Below, piece by piece: positions 47,658 to 57,881 of a stretch of 64,000 bases of DNA. Position numbers and translations under genes: made by a program. Numbering within the stretch: the stretch's first letter is position 1; every line of letters begins with the position of its first letter. Where the stretch lies: the NCBI GenBank assembly GCA_002099625.1, contig GCA_002099625.1_4857.1. One strand, 5' to 3'. This DNA is from Escherichia coli. GTDB taxonomy: Bacteria; Pseudomonadota; Gammaproteobacteria; Enterobacterales; Enterobacteriaceae. The notes under the pieces are model-generated. The model made no database searches and was not told the origin of the DNA. It was given only the letters and a program-made list of their open reading frames with translations.

Positions 47658-48977
47658 CTATAGCGGTGGATACCAAGGGACCGGGGCGGTTTTGCTATAT
47701 GGACTGTAGACCATATAGCCGCCTTTGCTTGGGTCGTAATAGATGAAATAGTTACAGTAATTCGAGTAAATACTCGTCATTTGTTTGGATTGGTATCCGT
47801 TACGGTATAGTCCCTGGTAAGTAATAGCTGATGTCGTGGTGGTGTAAGCAGTGTGGTACAGTACCCGACGCCGGTTAGCAATACTTTCTTGGAACATTTC
47901 TTCGGTCGGAAACGCGTGTTGCATCAGCCGTCGAATACTCCCGGTACAGTATCGAGTGCCATACGGGGAACCCGTTAAATCATCCGCTGTTTCAGGCGCT
48001 TCCGCCCGAGTCAACACGTACTCGTTTTGATACAACGTGACGCTCATCGAATTTGAGCTGGTTTCCCGGAACCTCATGTAACGCGCATAACGTTCGACGT
48101 CCTCTTCCTGCGCCAAATAGGCCACGTTATTTTTCGGACCAAAGTGCAAGAAGAACGGACGGCGGAGATTACCCATATCCTCAGGTGGCGTCAACTTCAC
48201 GCAGTAATTGTACTCCCCACGCATATCAGGGTCTAAGCCTGGGTTGTTATTGCGTGTAGCGACATACCCATAGAGGTCATACGGGTTATCAGTAGCAGCA
48301 TTACCGATAGTGAACGGGATGCCCGACCATGCCGACAGCGCCGCGATGAACTGGGTCATGTACGAGTTACTGTTTAGTCGCAGCGGGGTACCCATCGGGA
48401 TATTGATTATCTGTTGGGTGTACATGCTCCAGTCGAGTCGATAGACCGTGCTGTAAACATCCATGGGTTCCCAAGCTCCGGTTTCGGTGGTGTGGTACAA
48501 GTCGGCAAAGCTGGGCTCTTCACGAATAAAGCTAATTGGAATGTGACCCGTGAATGCGGGGTTATCCGATTTAATCGCCACCGTCCGATCGCCCGTTGCC
48601 ACAGTGATCATTGCAAACTGGCTGTCAGGATACGTTAAATCGTCAGCAGTAAGCACCAGCCCACAAGCTGCGGAAATCCGATCGATGATGTCGCGGTAGG
48701 ACGTCGCCCGATAAGGTACTTTAACCGGTACGCTGACGCCTTTAAAATACTGCGAAAGGTTTAAGCGGTCGTAGTAGATGTCCATCTTACCGCTGTAACC
48801 ACCACCCTGTAATCCGTTTACCACTATACGGCTGTTGCGGCCATCGCGCAAGGCATTGGTTAAAGGACCTTGTAATAACGCCACGTTGGTTGCGTTGAGT
48901 GGTTTCTTGAGCTGCGGGTTATCACGATTAATCTGATCCCAAACCAGCTGCATGACAGGTTTGTTATAGTTGATCAT
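47658..48977 (-). CDS. fibre-like paralog family member (439 aa)
   Basis: N-terminus MINYNKPVMQLVWDQINRDNPQL...GRNS...YYDRLNLSQYF carries the family NRDNP / YYDRLNL motifs. Confidence 0.75.
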   Translation of the reverse strand: MINYNKPVMQLVWDQINRDNPQLKKPLNATNVALLQGPLTNALRDGRNSRIVVNGLQGGGYSGKMDIYYDRLNLSQYFKGVSVPVKVPYRATSYRDIIDRISAACGLVLTADDLTYPDSQFAMITVATGDRTVAIKSDNPAFTGHIPISFIREEPSFADLYHTTETGAWEPMDVYSTVYRLDWSMYTQQIINIPMGTPLRLNSNSYMTQFIAALSAWSGIPFTIGNAATDNPYDLYGYVATRNNNPGLDPDMRGEYNYCVKLTPPEDMGNLRRPFFLHFGPKNNVAYLAQEEDVERYARYMRFRETSSNSMSVTLYQNEYVLTRAEAPETADDLTGSPYGTRYCTGSIRRLMQHAFPTEEMFQESIANRRRVLYHTAYTTTTSAITYQGLYRNGYQSKQMTSIYSNYCNYFIYYDPSKGGYMVYSPYSKTAPVPWYPPL

Positions 48978-48987
48978 TGCAACGTCC

Positions 48988-49028
48988 TAAAAAAAGAAAA
49001 TAGGCCCCGAAGGGCCTATTTTTAGCTG
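48988..49028 (-). terminator. rho-independent terminator (approx coords)
   Basis: Stem TAGGCCC/GGGCCTA, loop CGAA, flanked by A/T runs. Confidence 0.55.
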
Positions 49029-49051
49029 TTATGGTGAAGTACGCTATCCCT

Positions 49052-49144
49052 TTAACTCCAGCTGATTCGACCTGCGTGTTGGGGATTATCCCGCTGAATG
49101 AGCCGACACAACAGCTCAAGTGCAGTGGATGAGTAAAACCCCAT
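49052..49144 (-). pseudogene. decayed remnant of a paralog-family gene (N-terminal ~30 codons fused to degenerate 3' end; approx coords)
   Basis: Minus-strand RBS+ATG gives MGFYSSTALELLCRLIQRDNPQHAGRISWS-stop, matching N-termini of the 480/498-aa paralogs; the following ~35 nt resemble the 3' end of gene 59342..60169. Confidence 0.4.
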
Positions 49145-49155
49145 ATTAGCTCCTG

Positions 49156-50058
49156 TTAGCTAAGAACCAGTTCGATAACGTGGACTACCGACGCGCTATT
49201 GGTCGAAGAGGTGTACGATGGTAAGTCTGGTGAGCCGCTGCGATAATACCACGGGCTGGCGTTGTCATAACCGTTGGCAAACAATGTTGCGGTTGACTCG
49301 GTTGGACTACTGCCGGAGCGCGTCGGTAAGTCGCCAAAACGTCTTACGATGCCCGCGTACCGGAACAAGCTTGCGAACGTGTTGTGCCACTCGCCGTCTT
49401 GAAAATAACCACCGCTGCTTAGGTAGGTGCTGTGCCCATAACTGTAGTCTCCGAGTCGAGGCAAACGTACCACATACTCGTAACCGTCTTTATTAAATGT
49501 CCGACGCTGGTTAGTGGTAGTGACGCTCCGCGGCGGGAAACCGTAGTCATCTGTTCCCCAGGCCAGACCTTGCTGGTATTGTTCGTTCCACGTCGTCCCT
49601 AAACGGGTCACCGTGTCAGGAATGAACAGAATGCGTCCTTTGAAAACGAATTTATGGAACAATGTTGGAGCTTGGTTCCAGGCATTAAAGCCAATTAAAC
49701 CATTCAGCTCGGCATGGTTAAGAATAAATTCTTCGTTTGTCAGTGTGCCAAAGTAGCCACGATGCCAGTCGCCACGAATAAGTTCCTGTGGGCCGGGTCC
49801 TGTCATTGGAAAGTCGCCCTGTACAATCGGCAGCCCCATAACCTTTTCAGTGCCCTTTACCGCCACGATGCGATATTGATACGTTTTATACGCTTCGGTG
49901 GTCTTGTCCTCGTACGTCGTTGTGTTACCTGGTAGTGTTACAATAGGTTCCCCCGGTGCTACTGGGTTAACATTTTGTCTGGGGTTGTCGTAACGATAGA
50001 TTTCAATGGAATCCAAAGTCTGACCTGGCTGTTGTTTCCAGTTTAAGATAATCGACAT
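49156..50058 (-). CDS. module gene A1: fibre-like protein with FN3-like N-terminus (300 aa)
   Basis: GGAG RBS; motif FPMTGPGPQELIRGDWHRGYFGT shared with A2/A3 and the C genes. Confidence 0.75.
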   Translation of the reverse strand: MSIILNWKQQPGQTLDSIEIYRYDNPRQNVNPVAPGEPIVTLPGNTTTYEDKTTEAYKTYQYRIVAVKGTEKVMGLPIVQGDFPMTGPGPQELIRGDWHRGYFGTLTNEEFILNHAELNGLIGFNAWNQAPTLFHKFVFKGRILFIPDTVTRLGTTWNEQYQQGLAWGTDDYGFPPRSVTTTNQRRTFNKDGYEYVVRLPRLGDYSYGHSTYLSSGGYFQDGEWHNTFASLFRYAGIVRRFGDLPTRSGSSPTESTATLFANGYDNASPWYYRSGSPDLPSYTSSTNSASVVHVIELVLS

Positions 50059-50061
50059 GTT

Positions 50062-51060
50062 TTACTCCACTAACTCGATAACGAATGCGTACAAACCGAC
50101 CTTCTCAGCACTGTCAATTAACGTAACTTGGGAGAGGTTACGTTTCGACGTATTGGTTATACTTGAATCGATAGGCGCAGACCCACGAACCAGAACTAAT
50201 CCCGATTCAGGATCACGTTCCTGGCACAAGAAACCTTTGCCTTGGTAAGCGCCACCGCTCCCATAAATGGACGCTGGACTAATATTAGTCCAGTTAGGGA
50301 GCATTTGTTTGTTAGGGATGCAATCAGCGAACGGATAAACAAAGTCGTTATATTCGCAGCGACCATATTCCAAGTCATCATGGTCTGCGTTTCGTAACGA
50401 TTCATCCAACGTCATTACTGTCGGTTCGTCCCCGTCGGTTAAACCGCGCAGCAATCGCATCCGATAGGTGTCGCCTTGCCATTCAAACAACCCACTCTGG
50501 TCAACACCTGCCAGATCCCCACGTCCGTTATCAGGACCAAATCCGTCTACGCCGTATACAAGACCCGCGTTATAAATGTCATTCCACGAGTAAAGTGTAG
50601 AGTTAAATCGTCCGCCGTTGTACATCATGTAGTAAACTTTACCATGACGATAAAACTTGTTCATGATTAGCGTGCCCGTGCCCGATATCCCTGTTAATGC
50701 ACGAAAGCCTGCAGGCAACGCGTCATAGGTCATCTGTTCTTCGAACGGCAACTGCCCCAGAAACGCCAAGTCGTCAGTATCGGAATAGTTAATCTGGTCG
50801 ACGCCACCCACACCACGACGGTTTTTAATGACAATGGATTTTTGTGGACTACCTACGGTACGACCGTTAACAGTTACTGTTAAAAGATACCAGTAACGGG
50901 TGTTAAGAATAACGGTTTCGTCCGTCCATTCCGTTTCGCCATTACTTAAAGTTGCAATAGGGGCTGGTAATGCGGCTGTATTTATTTTAGCCGTGCCCCG
51001 ATAAATGTTAACAATTGAACCTGCCGGATTTTCATTTTTCCAGCGTAGTGTGAAAGCCAT
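50062..51060 (-). CDS. module gene B1: fibre-like protein (332 aa)
   Basis: AAGGAG RBS; N-terminus MAFTLRWKNENPAGSIVNIYRGT paralogous to B2/B3. Confidence 0.75.
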   Translation of the reverse strand: MAFTLRWKNENPAGSIVNIYRGTAKINTAALPAPIATLSNGETEWTDETVILNTRYWYLLTVTVNGRTVGSPQKSIVIKNRRGVGGVDQINYSDTDDLAFLGQLPFEEQMTYDALPAGFRALTGISGTGTLIMNKFYRHGKVYYMMYNGGRFNSTLYSWNDIYNAGLVYGVDGFGPDNGRGDLAGVDQSGLFEWQGDTYRMRLLRGLTDGDEPTVMTLDESLRNADHDDLEYGRCEYNDFVYPFADCIPNKQMLPNWTNISPASIYGSGGAYQGKGFLCQERDPESGLVLVRGSAPIDSSITNTSKRNLSQVTLIDSAEKVGLYAFVIELVE

Positions 51061-51070
51061 CTGTTACTCC

Positions 51071-52513
51071 TTAGAAGCCGTTCAACTCACCGTTCGCGGT
51101 TGCTAAATCTGTTTTAAGTGGAGGTTTTGCCTGAGTAGGCGGTAGTGGACGCGGTGCGTCGACGTGTGGTTCAAGTACAACCATCGGCCTAACTGTACCT
51201 ACGCTGTTCGACACTGTCGATAACGGCAGCGCAGTATCGACGTTTGGTTCACCCACCACAATCGGGCTGATAGGTTCTTCCACCTGTTCCGCAGTTGTTG
51301 CTAGAGGTCTCGGCGCATCTGTTGTCGCAACCACGACTGCAAGAGGGCGAATGCTATCAGGTTGTGGTGATGGTACATTAGGAATAACCCTAACGCGCCA
51401 CACAACATCCCCTTCCACATCAGCTAAAGGTAAGACGATGTCGTCCTTATTGATTTCCTCTAAAACAGGCCACCAGTAAGTGGTATCTGTAAGGGTTACC
51501 CATTCAACTGAGCCACCGCGCATATTGCAACGTTGTACTTTAACAGGGTTACCCCCGGTTAACAGTTGTTGCGTGAAGAAGACGGTGGTTCTGGTTAACG
51601 TGGTGTCATTTGCCCAGTCGCCGCCCGTAGAACCGTCACCGAGTTGTGAAATAAGCCACAACGGTGTGGCCTTTGATAAATCAGGGCTAACCGGAACGGA
51701 GACGCGGTAATAATGCGTCTTGTTATTCTCAGTTTTCGTGACAATCAAAGCCTGGTCAACAGGTTCGATACCGTCTGGATACGGACCAGCGTCACCTGTA
51801 CCGAAAATGGCACCCGCTTGATAAAGGGCCGTCCAGGTTGCTGTTAACGTTCCGGTAGTCGGTAGATAAACAATCTTACCATCCTTGAAAAATTTCAACC
51901 ATTCGAAAGTCATTTTCGTTGGGGCAACATCAGGACGAATTAGGTTGTTTAGTTCAGCAAAGGTAAATAACTCTTGCTGAGAAACGTGGCCGAAGTATCC
52001 GTTTGTGCTGTCCCCTGCCAACAAATATTTATTGCCTGGCCCAGAATCTGGATAGTAGCCCACGGCTTCATTCAAATAATCGACCGGGATATAGCCGCGA
52101 TAGCATACGCTATTATACACGGTTAAATTAATACGTGTTGGCGTTGCCAGCGATTTGATAGGCGCGTCTACCGACTGTACACTGCTATCAGATAACCAAA
52201 CACCGTATAAATCGCGTAGAGCTGGGAGAAGATCCCGCACGGTCTTGGCCGTTTGTGGTACGTAGATGCGCGGAGCTATTTTAAATAGATCTGATAATGT
52301 TAAACGGTCGTAATAAACCGTGCACTCCCCAGAGAAACCTTTACCGGGTTTTCCTACCAACGTAATTACCGTGTTACGACCATTCTTAGTGGTCTCGGCA
52401 GGAATACCCCTCACCCCAATCGAATCAGCGCTGATTCTTCCTGCGAGTTCAGGGTTATCCCTTACGACTTGCTGGCAGAGTAATTCCAGTTCGGGTGCGC
52501 TATACAATCCCAT
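51071..52513 (-). CDS. module gene C1: fibre-like family protein with C-terminal NGELNGF (480 aa)
   Basis: AGGAGA RBS; N-terminus MGLYSAPELELLCQQVVRDNPELAG...YYDRLTLSDLF; PRPL repeats near C-terminus. Confidence 0.75.
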   Translation of the reverse strand: MGLYSAPELELLCQQVVRDNPELAGRISADSIGVRGIPAETTKNGRNTVITLVGKPGKGFSGECTVYYDRLTLSDLFKIAPRIYVPQTAKTVRDLLPALRDLYGVWLSDSSVQSVDAPIKSLATPTRINLTVYNSVCYRGYIPVDYLNEAVGYYPDSGPGNKYLLAGDSTNGYFGHVSQQELFTFAELNNLIRPDVAPTKMTFEWLKFFKDGKIVYLPTTGTLTATWTALYQAGAIFGTGDAGPYPDGIEPVDQALIVTKTENNKTHYYRVSVPVSPDLSKATPLWLISQLGDGSTGGDWANDTTLTRTTVFFTQQLLTGGNPVKVQRCNMRGGSVEWVTLTDTTYWWPVLEEINKDDIVLPLADVEGDVVWRVRVIPNVPSPQPDSIRPLAVVVATTDAPRPLATTAEQVEEPISPIVVGEPNVDTALPLSTVSNSVGTVRPMVVLEPHVDAPRPLPPTQAKPPLKTDLATANGELNGF

Positions 52514-52524
52514 GAAGTCTCCTG

Positions 52525-53424
52525 TTAAGGCAGAACGAGTTCAAGTACCGCAATGGAGCGTATTGTAGTGGTACCGTAGTTACTCCACGACGGCGACTCA
52601 GGGTAAGGTGGACGGTTGTACCACTGACTGGACGTGTTATTCATAGCCGCAAAGAATGCAGATTGTTGGGCAGTAACCGAATCGATTGGACCGACCGGAA
52701 GGTCGTCAAAGCGCGGAAACTGCCCACTGTAGTTGTACAGGCGCGCGAAGGTGTTAAACCACTCACCGTCGAGATACAACTCAGTGTTACCGCTTCCAAC
52801 GTAAGACGTCCAGTATTTGTAGTCGAACAAATACGGCAAGCGCACCACGTATTCGTAACCGTTCTTCGCCACCGTGCGGCGTTGGTTACGTGCAGTAGCC
52901 CAGCCCGGTACATATCCATTGCCATCCTGGCCGTACATCATCCCCTGGTTATAAATGAACTGCGGGCTAGCGTTTATTATCGAGTTATCGGACATAAACA
53001 GAATACGGTTTTTGTAAATGAATTTATGCCAGGCACCAACGGCGGAACTGAACATATTCACCACGAGGCCGTTCAGTTCCGTGTTAGTGAATAACTCTGC
53101 CGGCGTTACTGTTCCAAAGTATCCAGCGTGCCAGTCGCCGTATAACAGCTTCTGGGGGCCAGGCCCGGTGTCTAAAAAGAACCCTTGGGCGGTAGGGGTG
53201 TTGAAGACACGCTCACCGTCTTTAACCGCAGCTATCCAATAACGGTAAGTGGTGTTGTTTTCCACAGCGTTGTCTTCGTACGATGTAGCGTCACCCGGAA
53301 GGGTTGCCAGAGGCGTTCCCGGTGCATTAACATCAATGGTGGCGTTGCCAGGCGTCTTGCGATAGATTTCGATGTTATCGAGCGCCTGTGGCTTCCGTTG
53401 TGCAAAGTTTAATGTAATAGGCAT
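52525..53424 (-). CDS. module gene A2 (299 aa from Met13 of track ORF)
   Basis: GAGGA RBS before internal ATG; LDTGPGPQKLLYGDWHAGYFGT. Confidence 0.75.
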   Translation of the reverse strand: MPITLNFAQRKPQALDNIEIYRKTPGNATIDVNAPGTPLATLPGDATSYEDNAVENNTTYRYWIAAVKDGERVFNTPTAQGFFLDTGPGPQKLLYGDWHAGYFGTVTPAELFTNTELNGLVVNMFSSAVGAWHKFIYKNRILFMSDNSIINASPQFIYNQGMMYGQDGNGYVPGWATARNQRRTVAKNGYEYVVRLPYLFDYKYWTSYVGSGNTELYLDGEWFNTFARLYNYSGQFPRFDDLPVGPIDSVTAQQSAFFAAMNNTSSQWYNRPPYPESPSWSNYGTTTIRSIAVLELVLP

Positions 53425-53426
53425 GA

Positions 53427-54416
53427 TTAATCCTCGATAAGCTCGATTACTGGAATCCAAATACCGCCCACGGTCGCACCAGGGACATGTTGTATACGCT
53501 GGAGGTTATCCACGGTATCAGTGGAATCCGCCGCCGCCCATCCGCGCGTCAGCCCCAACTTACTGTCTGGGTCAAACTCCTGACAATGCGCCCCACGGCC
53601 TGCCACCAGCGATCCGTTTCCGAATATGCTGGAGTTCGACCACTTTATCAGGGACATCACTTTTTTCTTTTCTGGGAACCAGCTACTTATCCCATAGATG
53701 AGTCGGTTGTATTCGCTATCGGCAGTATACGGTGACGCGTCATGGAGTTTACCGTTCCACTGTGCGTCGAGTGTCATGACCGGGCTTTCACTGTCGAGCG
53801 TTAACCCGCGCAGCAGGCGCATCCGATAGCGGTCACCCAACCACGTAAACTCCCCAGCCTGGTCAACGTCAGGTAAATCACCATGACCGCCTTCCGGACC
53901 AGGTCCCGCCACACCGTACAGCAAACCCGCGTTATAAATCGCATCACGGCTATACAGCGTGTTGCCGTTCACACGAAGACCACTAAACAGATACAGAATT
54001 TTACCGTCTAGCTGGAACTTCATCAAGCCCGGCTTAACAGTTGGGTCGTATCCAGAAAGGGCCACAAACCCTGGCGGATAATCACCCGCGCTAGGTAATT
54101 CACCGTACGCCACGTACCCGTAATACGCAAAGCGGTCATCACCGTACAGTGGAGCCACGATGCCGATACCGCGACGGTTCTGAATCAGAATTGATTTCTG
54201 CGGACTGAACAGTGTCCGACTTCCCACTGTCACGGTGGTCATGTAGTAATACGTTGTCCCCAGTATCGCTGTTCGGTCAGTATACTCAGTTTCCCCGTTA
54301 GTGAACGTTGCCAGGGGTTCAGGTAATGCCGTACGCACCAGAGGTTTGGTGTCGCGGTACAGCTTCACGGTCGAAGCCCCAGGGTTATTGTTCGTCCAAC
54401 GAATTGTAAAAGCCAT
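53427..54416 (-). CDS. module gene B2 (329 aa)
   Basis: Paralog of B1/B3 (MAFTIRWTNNNPGASTVKLYRDT). Confidence 0.75.
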   Translation of the reverse strand: MAFTIRWTNNNPGASTVKLYRDTKPLVRTALPEPLATFTNGETEYTDRTAILGTTYYYMTTVTVGSRTLFSPQKSILIQNRRGIGIVAPLYGDDRFAYYGYVAYGELPSAGDYPPGFVALSGYDPTVKPGLMKFQLDGKILYLFSGLRVNGNTLYSRDAIYNAGLLYGVAGPGPEGGHGDLPDVDQAGEFTWLGDRYRMRLLRGLTLDSESPVMTLDAQWNGKLHDASPYTADSEYNRLIYGISSWFPEKKKVMSLIKWSNSSIFGNGSLVAGRGAHCQEFDPDSKLGLTRGWAAADSTDTVDNLQRIQHVPGATVGGIWIPVIELIED

Positions 54417-54428
54417 TGTCGTTACCTC

Positions 54429-55925
54429 TTATTGGAATCCATCCAACTCACCGTTAGTATCGCCCAGAGTAATTTTTGAAGGTTGGGCGATTTGGTCAGT
54501 CGTGAGAATAATCGGTCTAATCTTAACGCTAGCCATACCTGTTACCGCGACGGAATATGCACGTTCATCATTGTCCGTCGTGGCAAGCAGAGGACGTGGT
54601 GAGTCTGATGACGCTTCCCGCACCCAGGCAGGGGTGGCAGTTTCGGTGTTGTCGGTGTTGAAAACTAACGGACGTGGATTCGCTGCGGCGGAGGTTTCCG
54701 TAATAGGCACCACACGAAGCGATTCATTTTGGTCGATGTCCGTCAGAGTAACCACGGACGGTGCCCATGTTAGTTCTGCACCTTCGTCAATCAACGGCAC
54801 AGGTTCATTGGCAATATCAAACATCTCCAGGATTGGCCAAAAGCCAGAAGAGGTGTAGATGTAGGTGTTTGAACGATAGCTCCCACTGATAGACTGGTAA
54901 TACGCTTGGTCGGCACCGAACTGGTGTCGTAACCACACGTAATCCAGGAAGTTAGCATCAGTCGTGCTAAGAGTTCCCCATTCCCCATATACGTTCACCG
55001 ACCCCAATTTGCTGGTCAGTGACAGGATAGAGGTGATTGACGGCGGTTTACTCCAATCAGGCGCGGCGGCGTTCTCGGTGTAATACGGGATAGACATTCT
55101 GAAATAATGCGTTCCTTCATCATCCCGTTTTACCATGTATTTCAACTGTTCAACATCGACAGGTGTGTAAGTCGACTTCGGGCGAGGTCCTGCGTCTCCG
55201 GAATCAAATATTGCACCCTTGTTGTACAGGTCTGCCCAGGTAACGTTGCAAATCGCACGGGTCGGAACAAACACTACCGCCCCATTCAGAAAGAATTTGA
55301 GCCACTTGATAGCGTAGCGGTTAGGCCAGTTGGTGCCGTTATAAAGGGCATACACCATTTCATCAGATGTGAATAACTCTTCCGCGCTTACCAGCCCAAA
55401 GAATCCGTATAACTCATTACCAGCCATTAATCCTTTTGGCCCAGGACCCGACTTCGGATACATCGCAATCGGTTCGTAAACATAGGTCATCTTGCATGAC
55501 CCGGTATAGCACAAGGAGTTAGCGTGCGCCGTCAGAGTTACAGTTTCCGGCGTAGCGTATTTCATTAATGCAACGTTTGGACTGGTGATATCACTCGCGG
55601 TTAAGTTCAACCCATTCAATTCATTGAACGCCGGTAACGCTTCCGCATGGGTTTGTGCGCTACGTGGAATACTCACCATATTCGGGCCAGACTTAAATAG
55701 ACTGGCCAGATTCAACCGGTCGTAATATACCGTTATTTCCCCAGCAAATCCTTTACCGGGTTTTCCTACCAACGTAATCTGTGTGTTTCGTCCGTTAACG
55801 TTTCTCGCAACAGGAACACCCCTGACCCCAACGGAGTCAGCGGTGATTTTTCCTGCTAAACTGGGATTGTCACGCACAATTTGTTGGCAGAGCAGTTCCA
55901 TTGAAGGTTCTGTATACAACCCCAT
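54429..55925 (-). CDS. module gene C2 with C-terminal NGELDGF (498 aa)
   Basis: ACGGAG RBS; N-terminus MGLYTEPSMELLCQQIVRDNPSLAG; SPRPL repeats. Confidence 0.75.
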   Translation of the reverse strand: MGLYTEPSMELLCQQIVRDNPSLAGKITADSVGVRGVPVARNVNGRNTQITLVGKPGKGFAGEITVYYDRLNLASLFKSGPNMVSIPRSAQTHAEALPAFNELNGLNLTASDITSPNVALMKYATPETVTLTAHANSLCYTGSCKMTYVYEPIAMYPKSGPGPKGLMAGNELYGFFGLVSAEELFTSDEMVYALYNGTNWPNRYAIKWLKFFLNGAVVFVPTRAICNVTWADLYNKGAIFDSGDAGPRPKSTYTPVDVEQLKYMVKRDDEGTHYFRMSIPYYTENAAAPDWSKPPSITSILSLTSKLGSVNVYGEWGTLSTTDANFLDYVWLRHQFGADQAYYQSISGSYRSNTYIYTSSGFWPILEMFDIANEPVPLIDEGAELTWAPSVVTLTDIDQNESLRVVPITETSAAANPRPLVFNTDNTETATPAWVREASSDSPRPLLATTDNDERAYSVAVTGMASVKIRPIILTTDQIAQPSKITLGDTNGELDGFQ

Positions 55926-55938
55926 GGCTTTTACTCCG

Positions 55939-56862
55939 TTACGGTAAGACTAATTCGAAAGCAAAGAAAATTGTTACAGCAACACCCACTCCTGATGAGT
56001 TGGTAATCCCCGCCGGGGCATAACCGTACGCATAAGCGAAAAGGTTGCTGTTCCATAAAGGAGCTAGCACGGCTGCACCTGTTTCGTTAGGCTGGGCAGT
56101 TGAACCTTGCGGCGGTATTGAATCGATGGCACCAAGACCAATAGGCGGGAACTGTGCACCGACAGGATACAAACGGCCCATTGTGTTTCGCCATTCGCCG
56201 TTGTTGTAATCCTGTCCTGAGAGAGCCGCGTCGTACGGGACTGCGTAAGGTAATCGGATACGGTACGTACGACCATCCTTCGTGACCTTACAATCTTGTT
56301 TAGTCGCCGTGGCTCCCTGCGGGACTATGATCCCGTTATCATCGGTCCCGTACATCATCCCGTACTGATACGCCATCTGTACCGAGTTGGTTTTCGAATG
56401 CATCGTCGCTGGGAAGAAGACAATTCTCCCACGGAAAATAAACTTGTGCCATTCCTGAGGGTCGTAGGTAAACATGTTTCCCTGCTGCGCAGTTAACATG
56501 AGTTTTAACTCGGCAGTATTAAAGAACTCTGTATTCGGTACTGTACCGAAATAACCTGAAGCCCAGTCACCTCGCAAAATAGTTTGCGGTCCCGGTCCAG
56601 TGTCTGGATAGAACCCTTGCGTAATCGGATTGCCGATAAGTCGTTCACTGTCTTTTACAGCAGCTACCCAATAACGATAAGTTGTATTCTTCGTCAGAGT
56701 ATCAATATCGTCTACGAACTCTACCGCGTTGCCTGATAAAGTTGCGTGGGGCGTGCCTGGATTGTAAACGTCGATTGTTGCGTTCCAACCTTCCTTGCGG
56801 TAGATTTCAATCGCGGTAAGACCTTTGCTGGCTTGGGACGGCCAGCTTAACCGTATAGTCAT
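55939..56862 (-). CDS. module gene A3 (307 aa)
   Basis: AAGGGG RBS; YPDTGPGPQTILRGDWASGYFGT. Confidence 0.75.
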   Translation of the reverse strand: MTIRLSWPSQASKGLTAIEIYRKEGWNATIDVYNPGTPHATLSGNAVEFVDDIDTLTKNTTYRYWVAAVKDSERLIGNPITQGFYPDTGPGPQTILRGDWASGYFGTVPNTEFFNTAELKLMLTAQQGNMFTYDPQEWHKFIFRGRIVFFPATMHSKTNSVQMAYQYGMMYGTDDNGIIVPQGATATKQDCKVTKDGRTYRIRLPYAVPYDAALSGQDYNNGEWRNTMGRLYPVGAQFPPIGLGAIDSIPPQGSTAQPNETGAAVLAPLWNSNLFAYAYGYAPAGITNSSGVGVAVTIFFAFELVLP

Positions 56863-56871
56863 GACTGCCCC

Positions 56872-57870
56872 TTACTCGACCAGTTCAAAGATAGGGTAGT
56901 AACGCCCTTTCGTGGTGGGTGATAAATAGTTTATACGCTGAATCGCTGATACGGGTGTTCCACCGGCATTGTTAAAGATACCACGATGGAGCACACGGTC
57001 TTCCGCGGTGTCGTGTTCCATACAGAGAACTCCGGCACCGAAATACGTTGCCGAGGTTCCCAAATTAGCCTGTCCCAGATAAGTATAACCGATTGTTGCC
57101 CAGTTAGCCCAACGTTGTTTCTTCGGCACCTCGTTAACCATCGTGTAAAGTAAATCGTTATACTCGCACGGGTTGGTTAGAGAAGCGATTTCATCGTGGG
57201 TTTTCCCATTGTAGTCAGCCACGAAAGGATACGCAGGAGACTCGCTAGACGTCGTCAGGCCGCGAGGAAGACGCATAATGTACGTATCCCCTTTGTGGAC
57301 TATCTTAGCGTCTTGTGGAGTGGCCGGTAGCGTTCCATGGCCGTTCTCTGGGCCAGCATCGCCTGTACCATAGACTAAACCAGCTTGATAGAGGGAAGCC
57401 CAGTCCACAGGCGTATTCGGGAACTGCGACGTATTAGATAGCATGTAATAGATCTTCCCGTTTCGGGTAAATTTATACAACGCCACACGATCGGTTAATA
57501 GATTAGGGAACATCGCCAAAAATGCAGGTGGCATTTGCGACGGAAGCCATTGTTCGTCGTAAGGAACCGCACCCATAAACCCTAAACGGTCGTTACCGTT
57601 TAGAATAGTCATTGGGCCAATCCCACGCTTTATCTCAATGGTGTATTTCTGGCTAGACGATGCCACTGTTTTACCGTTGGCGGTTACCGTCAGAAGGTAA
57701 TAATAGGTTGCGCCTGGTGCGGCGGTGGTATCACGCCATTCTGTCTCGCCATTTGAGAGCGTTGCAATCGGTTCAGGCAAAGCGCTCGGTGTGATATCTT
57801 TAACGTCACGGTAGATTTTTACTACCGTAGAGATTACGTTTGGATTTTTCCAACGCAAAGTAAAAGACAT
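56872..57870 (-). CDS. module gene B3 (332 aa)
   Basis: Paralog of B1/B2 (MSFTLRWKNPNVISTVVKIYRDV). Confidence 0.75.
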   Translation of the reverse strand: MSFTLRWKNPNVISTVVKIYRDVKDITPSALPEPIATLSNGETEWRDTTAAPGATYYYLLTVTANGKTVASSSQKYTIEIKRGIGPMTILNGNDRLGFMGAVPYDEQWLPSQMPPAFLAMFPNLLTDRVALYKFTRNGKIYYMLSNTSQFPNTPVDWASLYQAGLVYGTGDAGPENGHGTLPATPQDAKIVHKGDTYIMRLPRGLTTSSESPAYPFVADYNGKTHDEIASLTNPCEYNDLLYTMVNEVPKKQRWANWATIGYTYLGQANLGTSATYFGAGVLCMEHDTAEDRVLHRGIFNNAGGTPVSAIQRINYLSPTTKGRYYPIFELVE

Positions 57871-57881
57871 GGATGATACCT

